Shown: piece after piece, positions 1 through 13,200 of the stretch | Position numbering within the stretch: position 1 is the stretch's first letter | Layout: every line of letters begins with the position of its first letter | Assembly: GCA_009914755.4 (NCBI GenBank) | Contig: CP068257.2 | Span: 17,024,001 to 17,088,000, forward strand | Direction of reading: 5' to 3' | Length of the DNA: 64,000 bases | Origin: the human T2T-CHM13v2.0 reference genome, Homo sapiens | Made by a program: the position numbers and the translations under genes | The notes under the pieces: generated by a model | The model's database searches: none | Seen by the model: only the letters and a program-made list of their open reading frames with translations | Told to the model about the DNA's origin: nothing

Positions 1-302
1 AGATATTTGTGAGATAGCAACGTGCAGTTTTCATTAAAGGTCAGAGATTATATAACACTAGAAAAGGAAAATCCATAATAGCAATAGATGTTGAAAAATA
101 GTTGTCACTATTCATTTAGGAAAATTCTGACAAGTACACAAATTTACAATTGAGTATATTTGTTTATAAACTAACATAAAATTGAAGTTGTCAAGTTTAA
201 AATAAGGACAGAAAAATACAGTGATACTTGTTCATAAAAGCAACTTAAATAAAAACCATTTTGCCTATTAGTCTGGCTATTTTCTGTCTCTGGTTGCTAT
301 AA

Positions 303-632
<330 letters not shown>

Positions 633-1954
633 TGACGATAATGCTGGTTTTTTAAATTATTCTGATAATATTGAAATGAATATTTTTTCCAAGAGGCAGC
701 ATTTCCAAAATGACAGGACACCTATTTGTATAAATGTGTGATGTTTATTTATTCATATTGTACACAAGAGAATTCCTGGATCACAATAAATTCAAAATCA
801 CCTTCCACTTGGCATACCTCTTAGAGCGATCTTAACATGCTTTCCAGAGCAATATGCACTCAAAGTAATCACTCAATGGGAGCACTTGTCTTTATGTTCT
901 CATTCAATTCTAGTGTTTGTTGCTGGTGTAAGGATGACCTTGTAACAGTCCACTTGTGAAGGAGGTTTAACTCTGGGTTGGCTGGTGACCTATATAGGGT
1001 TACTATGCAATGCAAAACAACTGTATGTATTTTGAATAGCCATTTTTTTTTTCTCAAGGATGCAGTGAAAGTTGCATTTAGAGAACACACATTTGGGCTA
1101 GACAGAAATGTAATAAATCATTAAGACAGTCCTCACCATATTAAACCCTAAATAGTTGTGGCAGGTGGTGACGTGCTGTTGCAAAAATGCATCGTTTGTG
1201 CTTCAATAGGAAAATGATGAGATTGAGTTTGGGGATAATAGATATTTTTTTCAAAATGACCCATACATTTTTTAAAACATTCTGCAAGGGCAGACATATG
1301 GTCACTGGGTCCATGACTTTTAGAGAGTCTATGAAACTCGGGTCAATGACTCAGGGAACAGACATTCCAGAAGGTAAGTGAAATGGCAAGTTAAAAAGAA
1401 AATTCAAGTGCGACACTAGTTACTGAGTGGCCTGTGGAAATAATTTCACAGTTGGATGGGTGGTCCCTCCAATTATTAAAAATGCTAACCAGAAAATTTT
1501 CTAGCATGATTAAATAAGATTCTGTTGTAAATGTTTTTCTCATATAGAAGGTCTGCCATCATATATGGGCAACTATGGGGGCACTTATTAATTACTTTTT
1601 CAATGAAAGTTAGTTGAGACAGAAACTGTGTGTTCTAGCTTCCAGCAACACAGATTGAACAAATGGCCATGAAGATTGCAAAATAATGCTGTCCATCAGG
1701 ATGTAAGTTTGTAATTGTAGAAAAGAGGGTCACTTCAGATTATGGGAAGAGTTTGCTTTTTCATGAAGTTGATATCAGGGTATATAGTCTCAGAGAAGAT
1801 TTCCAAGGTTCATCAAAATTTGTAAGAGCATGAGCATGAGAAAATAAAGCTGGAAATAAAGAGAGTATGTTCACAATTTGGAGTAGCCCCTCAGTGGCTA
1901 CAAAATCATTTGCTTAATCATTATCAAATGATAATTTACTGATATGTCAAAAAC

Positions 1955-2150
1955 CAATCAAATCATATTATTCATGATTAATGTTATTAATCATTAATAT
2001 CTCTTAATGGATATTAATTATTATTGATTGATTGATAATAATATCTCTTAATTGATGATAATATCTCTTAATGGATATTAATTTGATATATTAATATCTA
2101 TCAAATCATATTATTAATGATTAATATCTCTTCATGTTCATATCACTTAA
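1955..2150. repeat. AT-rich degenerate tandem/duplicated simple repeat
   Basis: Repeated units such as attaatatctcttaatggatattaat and caaatcatattatt(c/a)atgattaat recur in direct and inverted order. Confidence 0.6.
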
Positions 2151-4523
2151 GATTTACCACCCTTCAAGGGACTTGTTCCATTGTCTATTTTTCTAATAAG
2201 GGATTTTGATATTTGATTCATGGGTTAAACCATACCTTTATTGGGGATAGAAACTGGATAATCTGTGGTGCTACTTGAGGTTTTTTGTTGTTTTTTTTCT
2301 CTCAGGCAAGAAAACAATCTTACAGCAATCTGGAACAACAATGCTAGAAAGATTGAGATTTTCACGTAAAATGGGCAAGTATTTAAAGAGCAGGGCTCTG
2401 TGGCAGTATAATTCAGAGAGCTAGGACTTTGGTCTATGACACACTAATCTCATCTGTCAAATGTGGCACCCTTCATATTGGATTGCTTTCTCTAGTCACA
2501 GGATTACATTTCCCATCCATAGATCACTCAGTGCTATAAACTAATTCAAGCTCTTCCATTTAGCAGCCTGGAAATAAGTATGGTTTGACATAACTGAACA
2601 AAGCAGAAATGAAATCCTGGAGTCTATTTTAAATGAAAAGAGTCTAAGATCAGGTGTCAAGCTTTGACTAAGATTCTGGAAAGAGCATCAAGAACAGACA
2701 TTGTGTTTGGTAATACTACTTCCCTCCAGAGAAACTGAAAATACTTTGAGCAGCACAGAAAATAATGTCCCAGAACAAAGATAAATCGCAACTACAGAAG
2801 GTAACCAGGGGTCAGAGATGCAAGCAGAGAATTGAGCACAGAAAAAATTTTAAAGATCTACCAACAGATCTGCTTACTACTCAATTCAACTTTTGATAGA
2901 ACAAACCTTTTGCACTTTGGCACAAGGGCATCTTAAGGGCACAATGCATCCTCTAATGCTCTCCCATTTGTAGTTTCTAAATATATATATTTAGCTGTAT
3001 CTTTTTGGAAAAATTGATATTTGCCTTACTTAATATAGGATATTTCTTTCTCATTTTATTTAAAGTAATGCAAAGTCTTTCAACTGCAACTAGTTTTATT
3101 CCATAATGTTACTCCCAGGTGTATTGTATTCCAAGTGAGTTTTTCTTCTTATTTATAAATGTACTGGCTTTTAGTTTGACCACTGAAATAGTGGGGAAGG
3201 CAGTCAATCAAAATGTACTTGTGTGAATTCAAATGAAACTTTTGAAAACATTAACAAGATTGAAATATTTAAAAGGTCCTAGTATGCTCACTAAGTGCAA
3301 AAGTGATTAATCTTTTTACCTTAATGTTGGCAGCAATCATAAAATACATGCAATTAAAGTCTATAATGGCTTGTATTTCTATGGTATGTACTGTGAAGTT
3401 ATCCAAGAAATAATGGGATAGAAAAAATAGAATATATATACCACGCTCTGCAAATAATATCTCCTAATAAATGTGTTTAGCACAATGCAGTTTGGAAACA
3501 TTCAACTGTCAAATATTTGTCTGTAATAACTGTTTTTCTGCATAGGGACTGTGTTAACTTCTAGAATAATGGGAGGCAATACTTCTTTTTAATGATCTTA
3601 CTGATTTCTAGCTTAAGTGAATAAACATCTTAAACAAGATTTTAAATGTGAAGAAGAGTGATGATGAAGACACCATCAGTGACAAATTTTTATTATTTTA
3701 TGCAAAGAAAGGGCTATTATATACCATTTTAAATTATAAATATTTTCATATTTCAAAACATTATGAAAATTATGCACAACATAAAGGTTCTTATTCGGGT
3801 AGGTTACAGAAATTTTAATCTATGTATTCATTTAATATTTTTACTGAGGCAACCAGTCATTTTACAACATCCATTCTACTTTAATAAACATCCGTAATGC
3901 CCATAAAAGTGCTTATCTGAATAGACTGCACTTCTTCGTTTCCTTTATATATAGCTGTGGGCCTGTAATTTCTGGCCAATTGGTTACAAACAAATGTGGT
4001 GCAAGCAATTGCTATGAAGACGTAATCTTTTTTTTTTTCTCATTTCTCCCTTCCTGAAAGCTGGAATGCTATTGTCATGACTAGCATCAGAACAGTCACT
4101 TGGAATCACAAAGTGGAATCTAGGGACTAAGGATGACCTTCTGCATTAAAAACTAAAACACTGTTGAGAAAAAGTGGACAAGAAAAATAGAGATATGTGT
4201 CATGGTCTTAGAAGACTAGATATTATGAAAATGTCAATATTTCCTAATTTGATCTTTAGAATCAATGAAATCTCAAATTAAAACACTGCAGGATTTTTTT
4301 TTGGGGGGGGCAGGCAAATGTGTGGTGGAAAGGCAAAAATGGACAAACTTAGTTTAAAAACTATACAGTGATGTAAAGAAACTACAATAGAAAAAACAGG
4401 CTTGAAATACAATAAGAGTAATCAAGATGGAGTAGCACTGGCAAAAAGATAGGCAAATTAATGAAACAGTATACAGTTATATTCTCTCTTCTTCTCTTTT
4501 ACATCATAAGAATGAAATATCTA

Positions 4524-4880
<357 letters not shown>

Positions 4881-5339
4881 TTAATCCATTTCCTCTCTTT
4901 TTTGTACGGGGGAGGAAGTATTTGACACCACAAGGAAAGAGGAAAATGTCAGGTGATCTAGTATAATCTCTGTTAATGGGACCGCTGGGTAACTAGCTTG
5001 ATGATATTTGCAAAGAGACTGTATCTACACAGTCTTTAGCAGGCTATTTCTGGCCAAAAGAGTATTAATAGTAACTAAACTCTGAATCTGTGGACCTATG
5101 AGATATGCCTTTTTAGAGAATGATTTGTAAGCTATACAACTCTTATGGTACAAAATAGAGCTGGTTCATTACTTAAACACAATTGACTCCTTTTTGTGGA
5201 GAGATATAAACGTTACTCAGAGACTCCAAATAATACTTAGGTCTAGGAAATCTATCACTGCAGGAAGAAAGGTTTGGGAAAGCTGAAACCAGAGGTTAAT
5301 CTGATTAGGTCCACCAAACTTAACCTGTCCTACTTGCTT

Positions 5340-5340
<1 letters not shown>

Positions 5341-5378
<38 letters not shown>

Positions 5379-5387
5379 GTTATTTCT
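5341..5387. repeat. (ATT)n microsatellite, ~15 units
   Basis: Uninterrupted tattattattatt... run. The ORF-track poly-Asn and poly-Ile ORFs here are its translation. Confidence 0.9.
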
Positions 5388-5919
5388 CATATAGCTAAAA
5401 GCCACACCACTAAATGTTATAATTTAAACTTCCCTGGCTTCCTTATAGATAATATTTCTGACATAGGTGTCACTGTGGTAACAGTGGCTTAAGTTGCTTT
5501 TTCAGGAGCTGGGGGCAGCTTAAAGCATTTGAGACCACCAGTCATTCAACTGCGCCTGCACAAATGCCCAAGAGTTGGTCTTTTGACCTCAGAGGGCCAA
5601 AAACTCCACCTCAGTTTATGCTAATGCTGCCATTTTCTGAATATGTGTCCTATGATGAGTCACGAACCCTTATGGCATTTGTGTAGATCACCAATTACTT
5701 CACTTTTTCACACTGCCAATCACCTTTCCCCATGCATTAGGCAACCGCTCTTCTATAACCCATAAATATCCCTAAGGCTTATCTTCAAAAAAATAGATTT
5801 GAGAGCTGTTCTTCCATCTGCTCGTTGAGGTACACTGTGAATAAACCTTTTCTCTTTTGCAAAACCTGTCATCACAGTGATTGGTTTACTGTGTACAGGA
5901 AGAACAAACCTGATTAGTT

Positions 5920-8446
5920 TCATGCAGAAATTCAAGGATCGTTAGAGAATACTGTGAGCAACTATATGTCAAAAAAATGCGAAAATCTAGAAGAAATGGA
6001 TAAATTTCTAGACACATAAAACCTACCAAGATTGAACCATGAAGAAGTAAAAAATCTGAACAGTAACAACATCAAAGTGATCATAAAAAGTTTCCCAGCA
6101 AAGAGAATTCCATGACCTGACTTCATCACTGCTGAGTTTTATCAAACATTTAAAGAACTAATACCAATCCTACTCAAACTACTCCAAAAAATGGAGGAGG
6201 GAATACTTCTAAACAAATTCCACAAGGCCAGTATTATCCTGATACTAAAACCAGACAAAGACACATTTTAAAAAAATGAATACTGATGCAAAAATTCTCA
6301 ACAAAAATACTACTAAACAGAATTCATCATACCTGGCTTATTTTTTATTTTCAGTAGAGATGGGGTTTCCCCATGTTGGCCAGGCTGGTCTTGAACTCCT
6401 GACCTCAGGTGATCTGCCTGCCTCAGCCTCCCAAAGTGCTGGGATTACAGGTGTGAGCCACTGCACCTGGCCAGTAGCATTTCTTTATGTAAACAATGAA
6501 CAATCGGAAAAACAAATCAAGAAAGTAATCCCACTTACAATAGCTACAAATAAAATTAAATACCTAGAACTTAACTAAATAAGTGAAAGATTTCTGGAAT
6601 GAAAACTATATAACATTTATTCCAGAGATTGAAGAGGACACCAAAAATTAAAACATATTCCATGTTATGAATTGGAAGAATCAATATTGTTATAATGTCC
6701 ACACTACTCAAAACAATCTGCAGATTCAATGCAATCCCTATCAAAATGTCCATGACATTCTTCACAGAAATAAAAAAAAAATTCTAGAAGTAATATGGAA
6801 CCACAAAAGACCCAGAATAATCAAAGCCATCCTAAGTGAAACAAAAACAGAAACAAAAACAAAACTGGAGGAATCACATACCTGACTTTGAATTATACTA
6901 CAGAGCTATAGTAACAAAAACAGCATGGTACTGACATGGAAACAGACAGAGAGACCAATGGGACAGAACAGAGAAACCAGAAATAAATTTTTACATCTAC
7001 AGTGAGCTCCTTTTCAACAAAGGTGCCAAGAATATTCATTGGGGAAAGGACAGCCTCTTCCAAAAAATAGTGCTGGGAAAACTGTACATTCATATGAAAA
7101 AGAATAAAACTAGATGCCTATCTCTCAGCATATACAAAAAATCAAATCTAAATGGATTAAAGACTTAAATCTAAGACTTCAAACTATAAAACATCTACAA
7201 GAAAACACTGGAGAAACTGTCCAGAACATTGGGCAAAGATTTGTTGAGTAATACCCCACAAGCACAGGCAACCAAAGCAAACCTCAACAAATGAGATCAC
7301 TTCAAGTGAAAAACCTGTGCAGCAAAAAGAAGCAATCAACAAAGTGAAGAGGCAACAGAATGGGAGAAAACATTTGTAAACTACAACTTGACAAGGTATT
7401 AATAGCCAGAAACTATAAGAAGCTCAAACAACTCAATAGGAAAAAGCTAATAATCTGATTTTAAAATGAGCAAAAGATCCGAGTAGATATTTCTGAAAAG
7501 AAAATGTGCAAATGGCAAACAGGCATATGAAAAGGTGCTTGACATGATTGATCCTGAGAGAAATGCAAATGAAAACTATAATGAGATATCATCTCACCCC
7601 AGTTAAAATGACCTTTATCCAGAAGACAGGCAATAACAAATGCTGGCGAGGCTGTGGAGAAAAGGAAACTCTTACACTGCTGGTGGGAATGTAAATTAAT
7701 TAGTACAATGACTATGGAGAACAGTATGGAGGTTCCTTAAAAAAGTAAAAATAGAACTAGGATGTGATCCAGCAATCCTACTTCTAGGTATATACCCCAA
7801 ATAAAGAAAAGATGTATATCGACAAGATACCTGCACGCCTATGTTTATTGCAAGACTATTCACAATAGGCAAGGTTTGAAAGCAACCTAAGTGTCCATCC
7901 GCAGGTGAATGGTTAAATAAAAGGTAGTATATGTTCAGAATGGTATTATTCTGCCATAAAAATGAATGAGATCCTGTCATTTGCAACAACGTGGATAGAA
8001 CTGGAGGTCATTATATTAAGTGAAATAAGCCGGAACAGAAAGACAAACTTCACATGTTCCCACTCACCTGTGAAAGCTAAAAATTAAAGCAGTTGAATCC
8101 AGGGAGATAGAGAGTAGAATGATGGTTATCAGAGGCTGGGAATCATTGTTGCAGAGGGGACAGTGGGGATGGTTACATACAAAAATATAGTTAGATAAAA
8201 TGAGTAAGATCTAGTATTTCATAGCAGAACAGGGTGACTGCAGTCAACAATAATTTATTGTACCTTTTTAAATAATTAAAATAATATAATTTGAATGCTT
8301 GTAACACAAATGATAAATGCTTCAGGTGATGGATACCCCATTTATCCTAATGTGATTATTACACATTGCTTGCATGTATCAGAATATCTCATGTACCCCA
8401 TAAATATATACACCTACTATGTACCCATAATTGTTTTTTAAAAAAC
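5920..8446 (+). mobile_element. L1 LINE (older primate L1P/L1M-type), ORF2 through 3'UTR, with ~0.9 kb internal deletion
   Basis: 5920-6330 matches L1 ORF2 (…gaaaatctagaagaaatggataaatt… ccaaaaaatggaggagggaata… gatgcaaaaattctcaacaaaatactag). 6474-8446 matches downstream ORF2 and the characteristic old-L1 3'UTR end (aatgcttgtaacacaaatgataaatgcttcaggtgatggatacccc … ctcatgtaccccataaatatatacacctactatgtaccc). The ~0.9 kb of RT domain expected between the two blocks is absent. Confidence 0.85.
6332..6473 (-). mobile_element. Alu left-monomer fragment (FLAM-like) nested at the L1 internal deletion point
   Basis: Reverse complement of Alu positions ~1-145 (ggccaggtgcagtggctcacacctgtaatcccagcactttgggaggctgaggcaggcagatcacctgaggtcaggagttcaagaccagcctggccaacatggggaaaccccatctctactgaaaataaaaaataagccagg). 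It stops at the A-rich linker. Confidence 0.8.
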
Positions 8447-10092
8447 CCTAATTGGTATTAAAGCCACTGCCTATGTCCTATTTCCTGATTCCCCTCTATT
8501 CATTTGAGTAACATGATTGTCTGTAACCTAAGACTGTTGGTCAAATTTGATGCTTACTAAGATCACTCAGTTTTTTTATGAGTCCTGTTTGACAATTATT
8601 CCCTTTGTTTTAGCTCCTAGGAGCTGCCTCTATAGCTTTTGTCCCAGAATAAGAAGTTAAATGAAACAGACCCACAGTTGACACTTAGCCTGAAGGACAG
8701 AAAAAACTAGCCAGAAATTTGTATGTAACATAACAAATAAATAAATATTTATTATTAGAGACTGAGATTTAGGATTTCATTTATTACCCCAATGAAGGTG
8801 ACTAGTATGGCAGGATATGTTTGAAGAGGATCCTCTTTTTAAGCAATTTATACGCAGGGTTGCATTTGTAGTTTAAAAGCTCAAAAGGCGCCATTTTGTC
8901 TGAAAAAGTAGAACCTGAGAAGGATAATGACAGAATCTATAGAATCACAAAGATTATGTAACAAAAATTGCTAAGGGGTGGCATGATGGTCATTCCTTTC
9001 ATAAAAGTATTCCTGAATTATCTAATAGCATTTTTTTTACATTTTAATTTGTTAAACTTTGTGAGTACATAATAGGTGTATATATTTATGGGGTACATGA
9101 GATGTTTTGAGATAGTCATGCAATGTGACAATTTAATAACTTCTTGATAACTATGGATTCTGTGGTTCAGAAAACTCTCTAATCTTTTCTACATAGTTCC
9201 ATGTTCTTTCTTTATCATTATGTTTCAATTAGCCATAATATTTCCCACAGCCATAATATAGATATTAAAATGCGGCAGAGGTATGGTAAAGAATAGCAAA
9301 ACCTCAGTACCCCCGCAACACACACATTAAAGCTTTATCAGCAATTATTACTATCTAGGAGTGGGATTTAGGCTTATTTTTAAAATAAATATTCTGTCAG
9401 TTTCCTTTAAAGAAATACAAATATGTTCTGCAAGTGAATAATAAAACTGCTTTACTTTTAGGCAAAATTTATTTTTCTTCTGATGAACTGGTTTTGATGG
9501 ATAAGTTGCAGTATTAAAAAATGGAGTTGACATGTGAAAAGAAAGTATTGCACAATTCATTACAGGAGTCAATTTCTAGTCTTTCTGTGTCAATTCAGAT
9601 ATCAGAAGTCATGTTCTTAACCTAGACTATCTCTAAGGAAGTTATAAAAACTGAGATTATGATAAATAACACTAGAATACGCTACTGAAAAATGATTTCT
9701 AAGTAGTGCAATCAATATCCATTTATAGACACACAAAACTGTAGCCCATAGGATTCAAAAATGTACTGCAAGCAATTTAAAATAAAGCAATTTCATTACT
9801 GGAAGACAGCAGAAAGCTTCTTAGGGAAAATTCTAAGATTTTGTTGGTTTATTTAAATTTTAGATTTTAGTAAAACCACTAATATATCACAATCTCCTGC
9901 CCATTTTGTTTTTAAGGACTCAAAGCAGGTAATTCACAAAGATTGCAATAAAGCACAAACCCAGAGCCATTAAAATGGAAAGTGTCTATTTATGCTAATC
10001 TTTTCCTCCAATATTCACCAAAAATGCAGGTTGCTGTATATTCTTTATTAAGGCTATATAATGAAACTTTTTCTACATCTAAATGACACTTT

Positions 10093-10250
10093 TCTAGGAA
10101 TATATATATGTGTATATATATACATATATATATTCTAGGAATATATATATACACATATATATTCTAGGAATATATATATACACATATATATTCTAGGAAT
10201 ATATATATACACATATATATTCTAGGAATATATGTATATAGAAAGTTATT
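10093..10250. repeat. Tandem repeat, ~29-41 bp unit x5 (tctaggaatatatatatacacatatatat)
   Basis: tctagg recurs at 10093, 10134, 10163, 10192 and 10221, separated by (AT)n/(AC)-rich filler. Confidence 0.7.
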
Positions 10251-13200
10251 TAAGTGACAATAGTTCAGAGGTACTTGTCAGACATACTTTCATCAGATAA
10301 ATTCTACATGGAAAGGCAGGGGATTGAATGGGAATTTTAATGTACATATCCTTTCTGGGTAACATTAAATTTATCTCCTCTACTGACTTTCTTAATAAGA
10401 TGATTTACATATCTGTTGCTTTTCTGTTGGTACTTTCTGGATATTTGTCATTGCAAGTCTGTTAAATCACTTGCAATGGCCTCTGACTGAATGTGGTGCA
10501 TGAATCCTAGATGCTATTTTCGCAACTTAATTTATTGCTCTCTTTTCTTTGTCTGGTTTCTTTCTAAATACCCTTCAAAATCTAGCTAAAGCATCACAAT
10601 TTTCAGGTAGCCTTTCCAGAATGATTAGTGTGACCAAAAAAATGCTCCTTCATATTCTAATAGTAACCTATTCTTAACATATAACACAGCTAACTAGTGA
10701 TAATCAGAAGTCTACTGGTGATTTTTCTTCATTAAACTTTAATTAGAAAAAAACTCCGAGATATTTAAATTATCATTTTTTCAGGGAAAAATAAACTATG
10801 ATATTTGAAAATAGTCACCAAATTAAATATTACAGTAATAAAGCTAATCTCTGTGAAGAGATAATGGCATTCTGCTTCTATCCAAGAAAGAGTAACAGGA
10901 AATGGATTTATGCTCCTGCCCTAAATCAATATAAAAAATATATCATAAGAGTTTTCAAGACATTAGTTACCAGCAAACTTAGCATAGTGATCTTGAGAGA
11001 CAGGAAACAAATGAATGGAACCTTATGATTATTCTGTGTTCCTGCCTTGATAGTTTCCAGGGTATTGTGAAGAATGAAAATCTAAGACAGAACTTAGAGG
11101 ATGTCTTGAGTTTGGGACACAGAGCTAAAATACCAGACAGACTGTAACCCCTACAGTTCATAGTGCTGAGTACTGTAGAGAACAGAGAGAGAGAAAAGGA
11201 GAAGGAGAATGAATACTGGAGATCTGAAGAGAGTCACCCTATATTATTCAGGAAAGTACGATAATGAGAAAAATACTCAACTCAAGGCTAGGATCAGGGA
11301 GGGAGAGAAAATATCTGACAGGTTACAGAGAATAGTACTCAGAACTCACGCAGAACAGGGAATAGTATGTTTCCATCAACCACATTGAACGCATAATTCA
11401 CGGATCACTGGATAGAACATTCAGTATTCATTAGTGAAAAAACTGGTGACATTTGAGTAAAGTCTGTGGTTTTGTCAACATCATTGTATCAATAGTATTT
11501 TTTTAATTTTAATAAATGTACCATGATTGTATAAGATGTTAATATTAGTGAAAGTTGAGGGAAAGGTACTTGGAAAGACCCTGTTCTATTGTGTTTTTGA
11601 GTTTTTTTATAAAGTTAAAATTATTTCAAAATAATTTGAAAACAAGAGTCACATCACTATATATGATATTCAAATGGCTAATAAACGTGCTCATGTACTT
11701 ATTTTTATTAGTAATTATGGAAACGGAATCTAGTACTACTACATCTTCAGTGGAATAGCTAAAATAGAAATAAATAATAATAATGGAAATCCAAAAAAAA
11801 GAAAATGGGCAATACCAAATGGAGGCTAGAATGTAGAACAACTAGAACTCTTGTAACACGATTATTTGGAGTACAAACTGGCACAATTGTTTTGGAAAAG
11901 TTGCCTGTAATTATCTACCAAATTTGAACGCATTCACATACTATAAATTATTAAATCAAGTTGTAGGTGTACACACAACTTAATATATAGCATACATATT
12001 GTTTACAATAATGTTCACATATGCACCAAAATTATAAGAAAGTATACTCATGTTGCACTCATACTCAAGCAAATACATAATTTTATATTCAATTTTGATA
12101 AACAGGCAAGTCAACTCTATCAGGATAGAGTTGACAAATCAACACAAGTCAGGATAGTAACTACTGTGGGCAAGAGAGTAAGGGTAAATTGAAAAGGAGA
12201 AGGAAGGGGCATCTAGCAGATGGTAATGTTCCAATCTGCAAACTGTGTGGTAGTTACATGGATGTGTTAACCTCATGACAAGTTAACAGGCTATTCACTT
12301 TTCTGCACTTCTCTCTATAGACAAAAAGTTAAAAGGTACTTAATAAAAAACAAGTTTCTAAATTAGTCTCATCTTCAGTTCTTTCTTTCTTGGCTTGTTT
12401 TTTTACACCCCAGAACATCAATGTACTACTTAAAAATGAATGAATATATTTGAATCATTATAAGAGTAAATATTAGTACCTGCTAAGAAATCATTTCTAA
12501 AACTTACTGGTCAGAATGATTCTATCTGGTTTTATATAGATATCTCATCTTGTTAATTCCCTCCTGTACCTTAAAAAATGCTAACCTATACTTTAAATAC
12601 ACTTGCCCATCAAACTGTATCCACAAAAATTAATGCTAATGAGTAAAATCAAAGTGGAAGCAGAGGGTATCCATTCAGGATTCATCAGAATTATGCTTTT
12701 GTTTACAAATCTAATGTCTGATTTCTGTAAGACCGTATCTCTGACTTGTTATTGACAAAGATTTTAGCACTAACATTTTTATACCTGCAGCAAAAAACAA
12801 TTTGTCTTGTAGGCAAATGATACCTCTATTTCAGTTTTCTTCGAATTCTTCCATGAAAACATCTTGTCTTTAATTTATAAGATTTAGCAAAGACTACCTC
12901 CCTGGGAATTAAAAAACAAGCAAGAAACAAGCTGTCAGAGAAATTTTACTCCATTCTGCTGATGACTGTGTTTGGAATGTAATTATCACACAGTCAGTGG
13001 TGGGTCCAGGTTCCGTGAAGACTGAAGCTTACATAGTTTTTTGGGACGTCTTCAAGAAAAAAAAAGGGAGAGTGCAAATACATCTTATGAATGAAAATTT
13101 TATTGAAACATAGGATGATGTGAATACATTGTTAGGGCCCCTTCTTTGGGATCAGTATAAGTGAAAGAAAAATTGTTTCTTTTTCTTCATGGTAAGTCCA

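Noticed and set aside
9040-9130. Short segment resembling an L1 3'UTR-associated motif (…tatatatttatggggtacatgagatgttttgagatagtcatgcaatgtgacaat…)
   Set aside because: It resembles a sequence I associate with old L1 3' regions, but it is too short and diverged to orient or classify confidently, so it is left unannotated.
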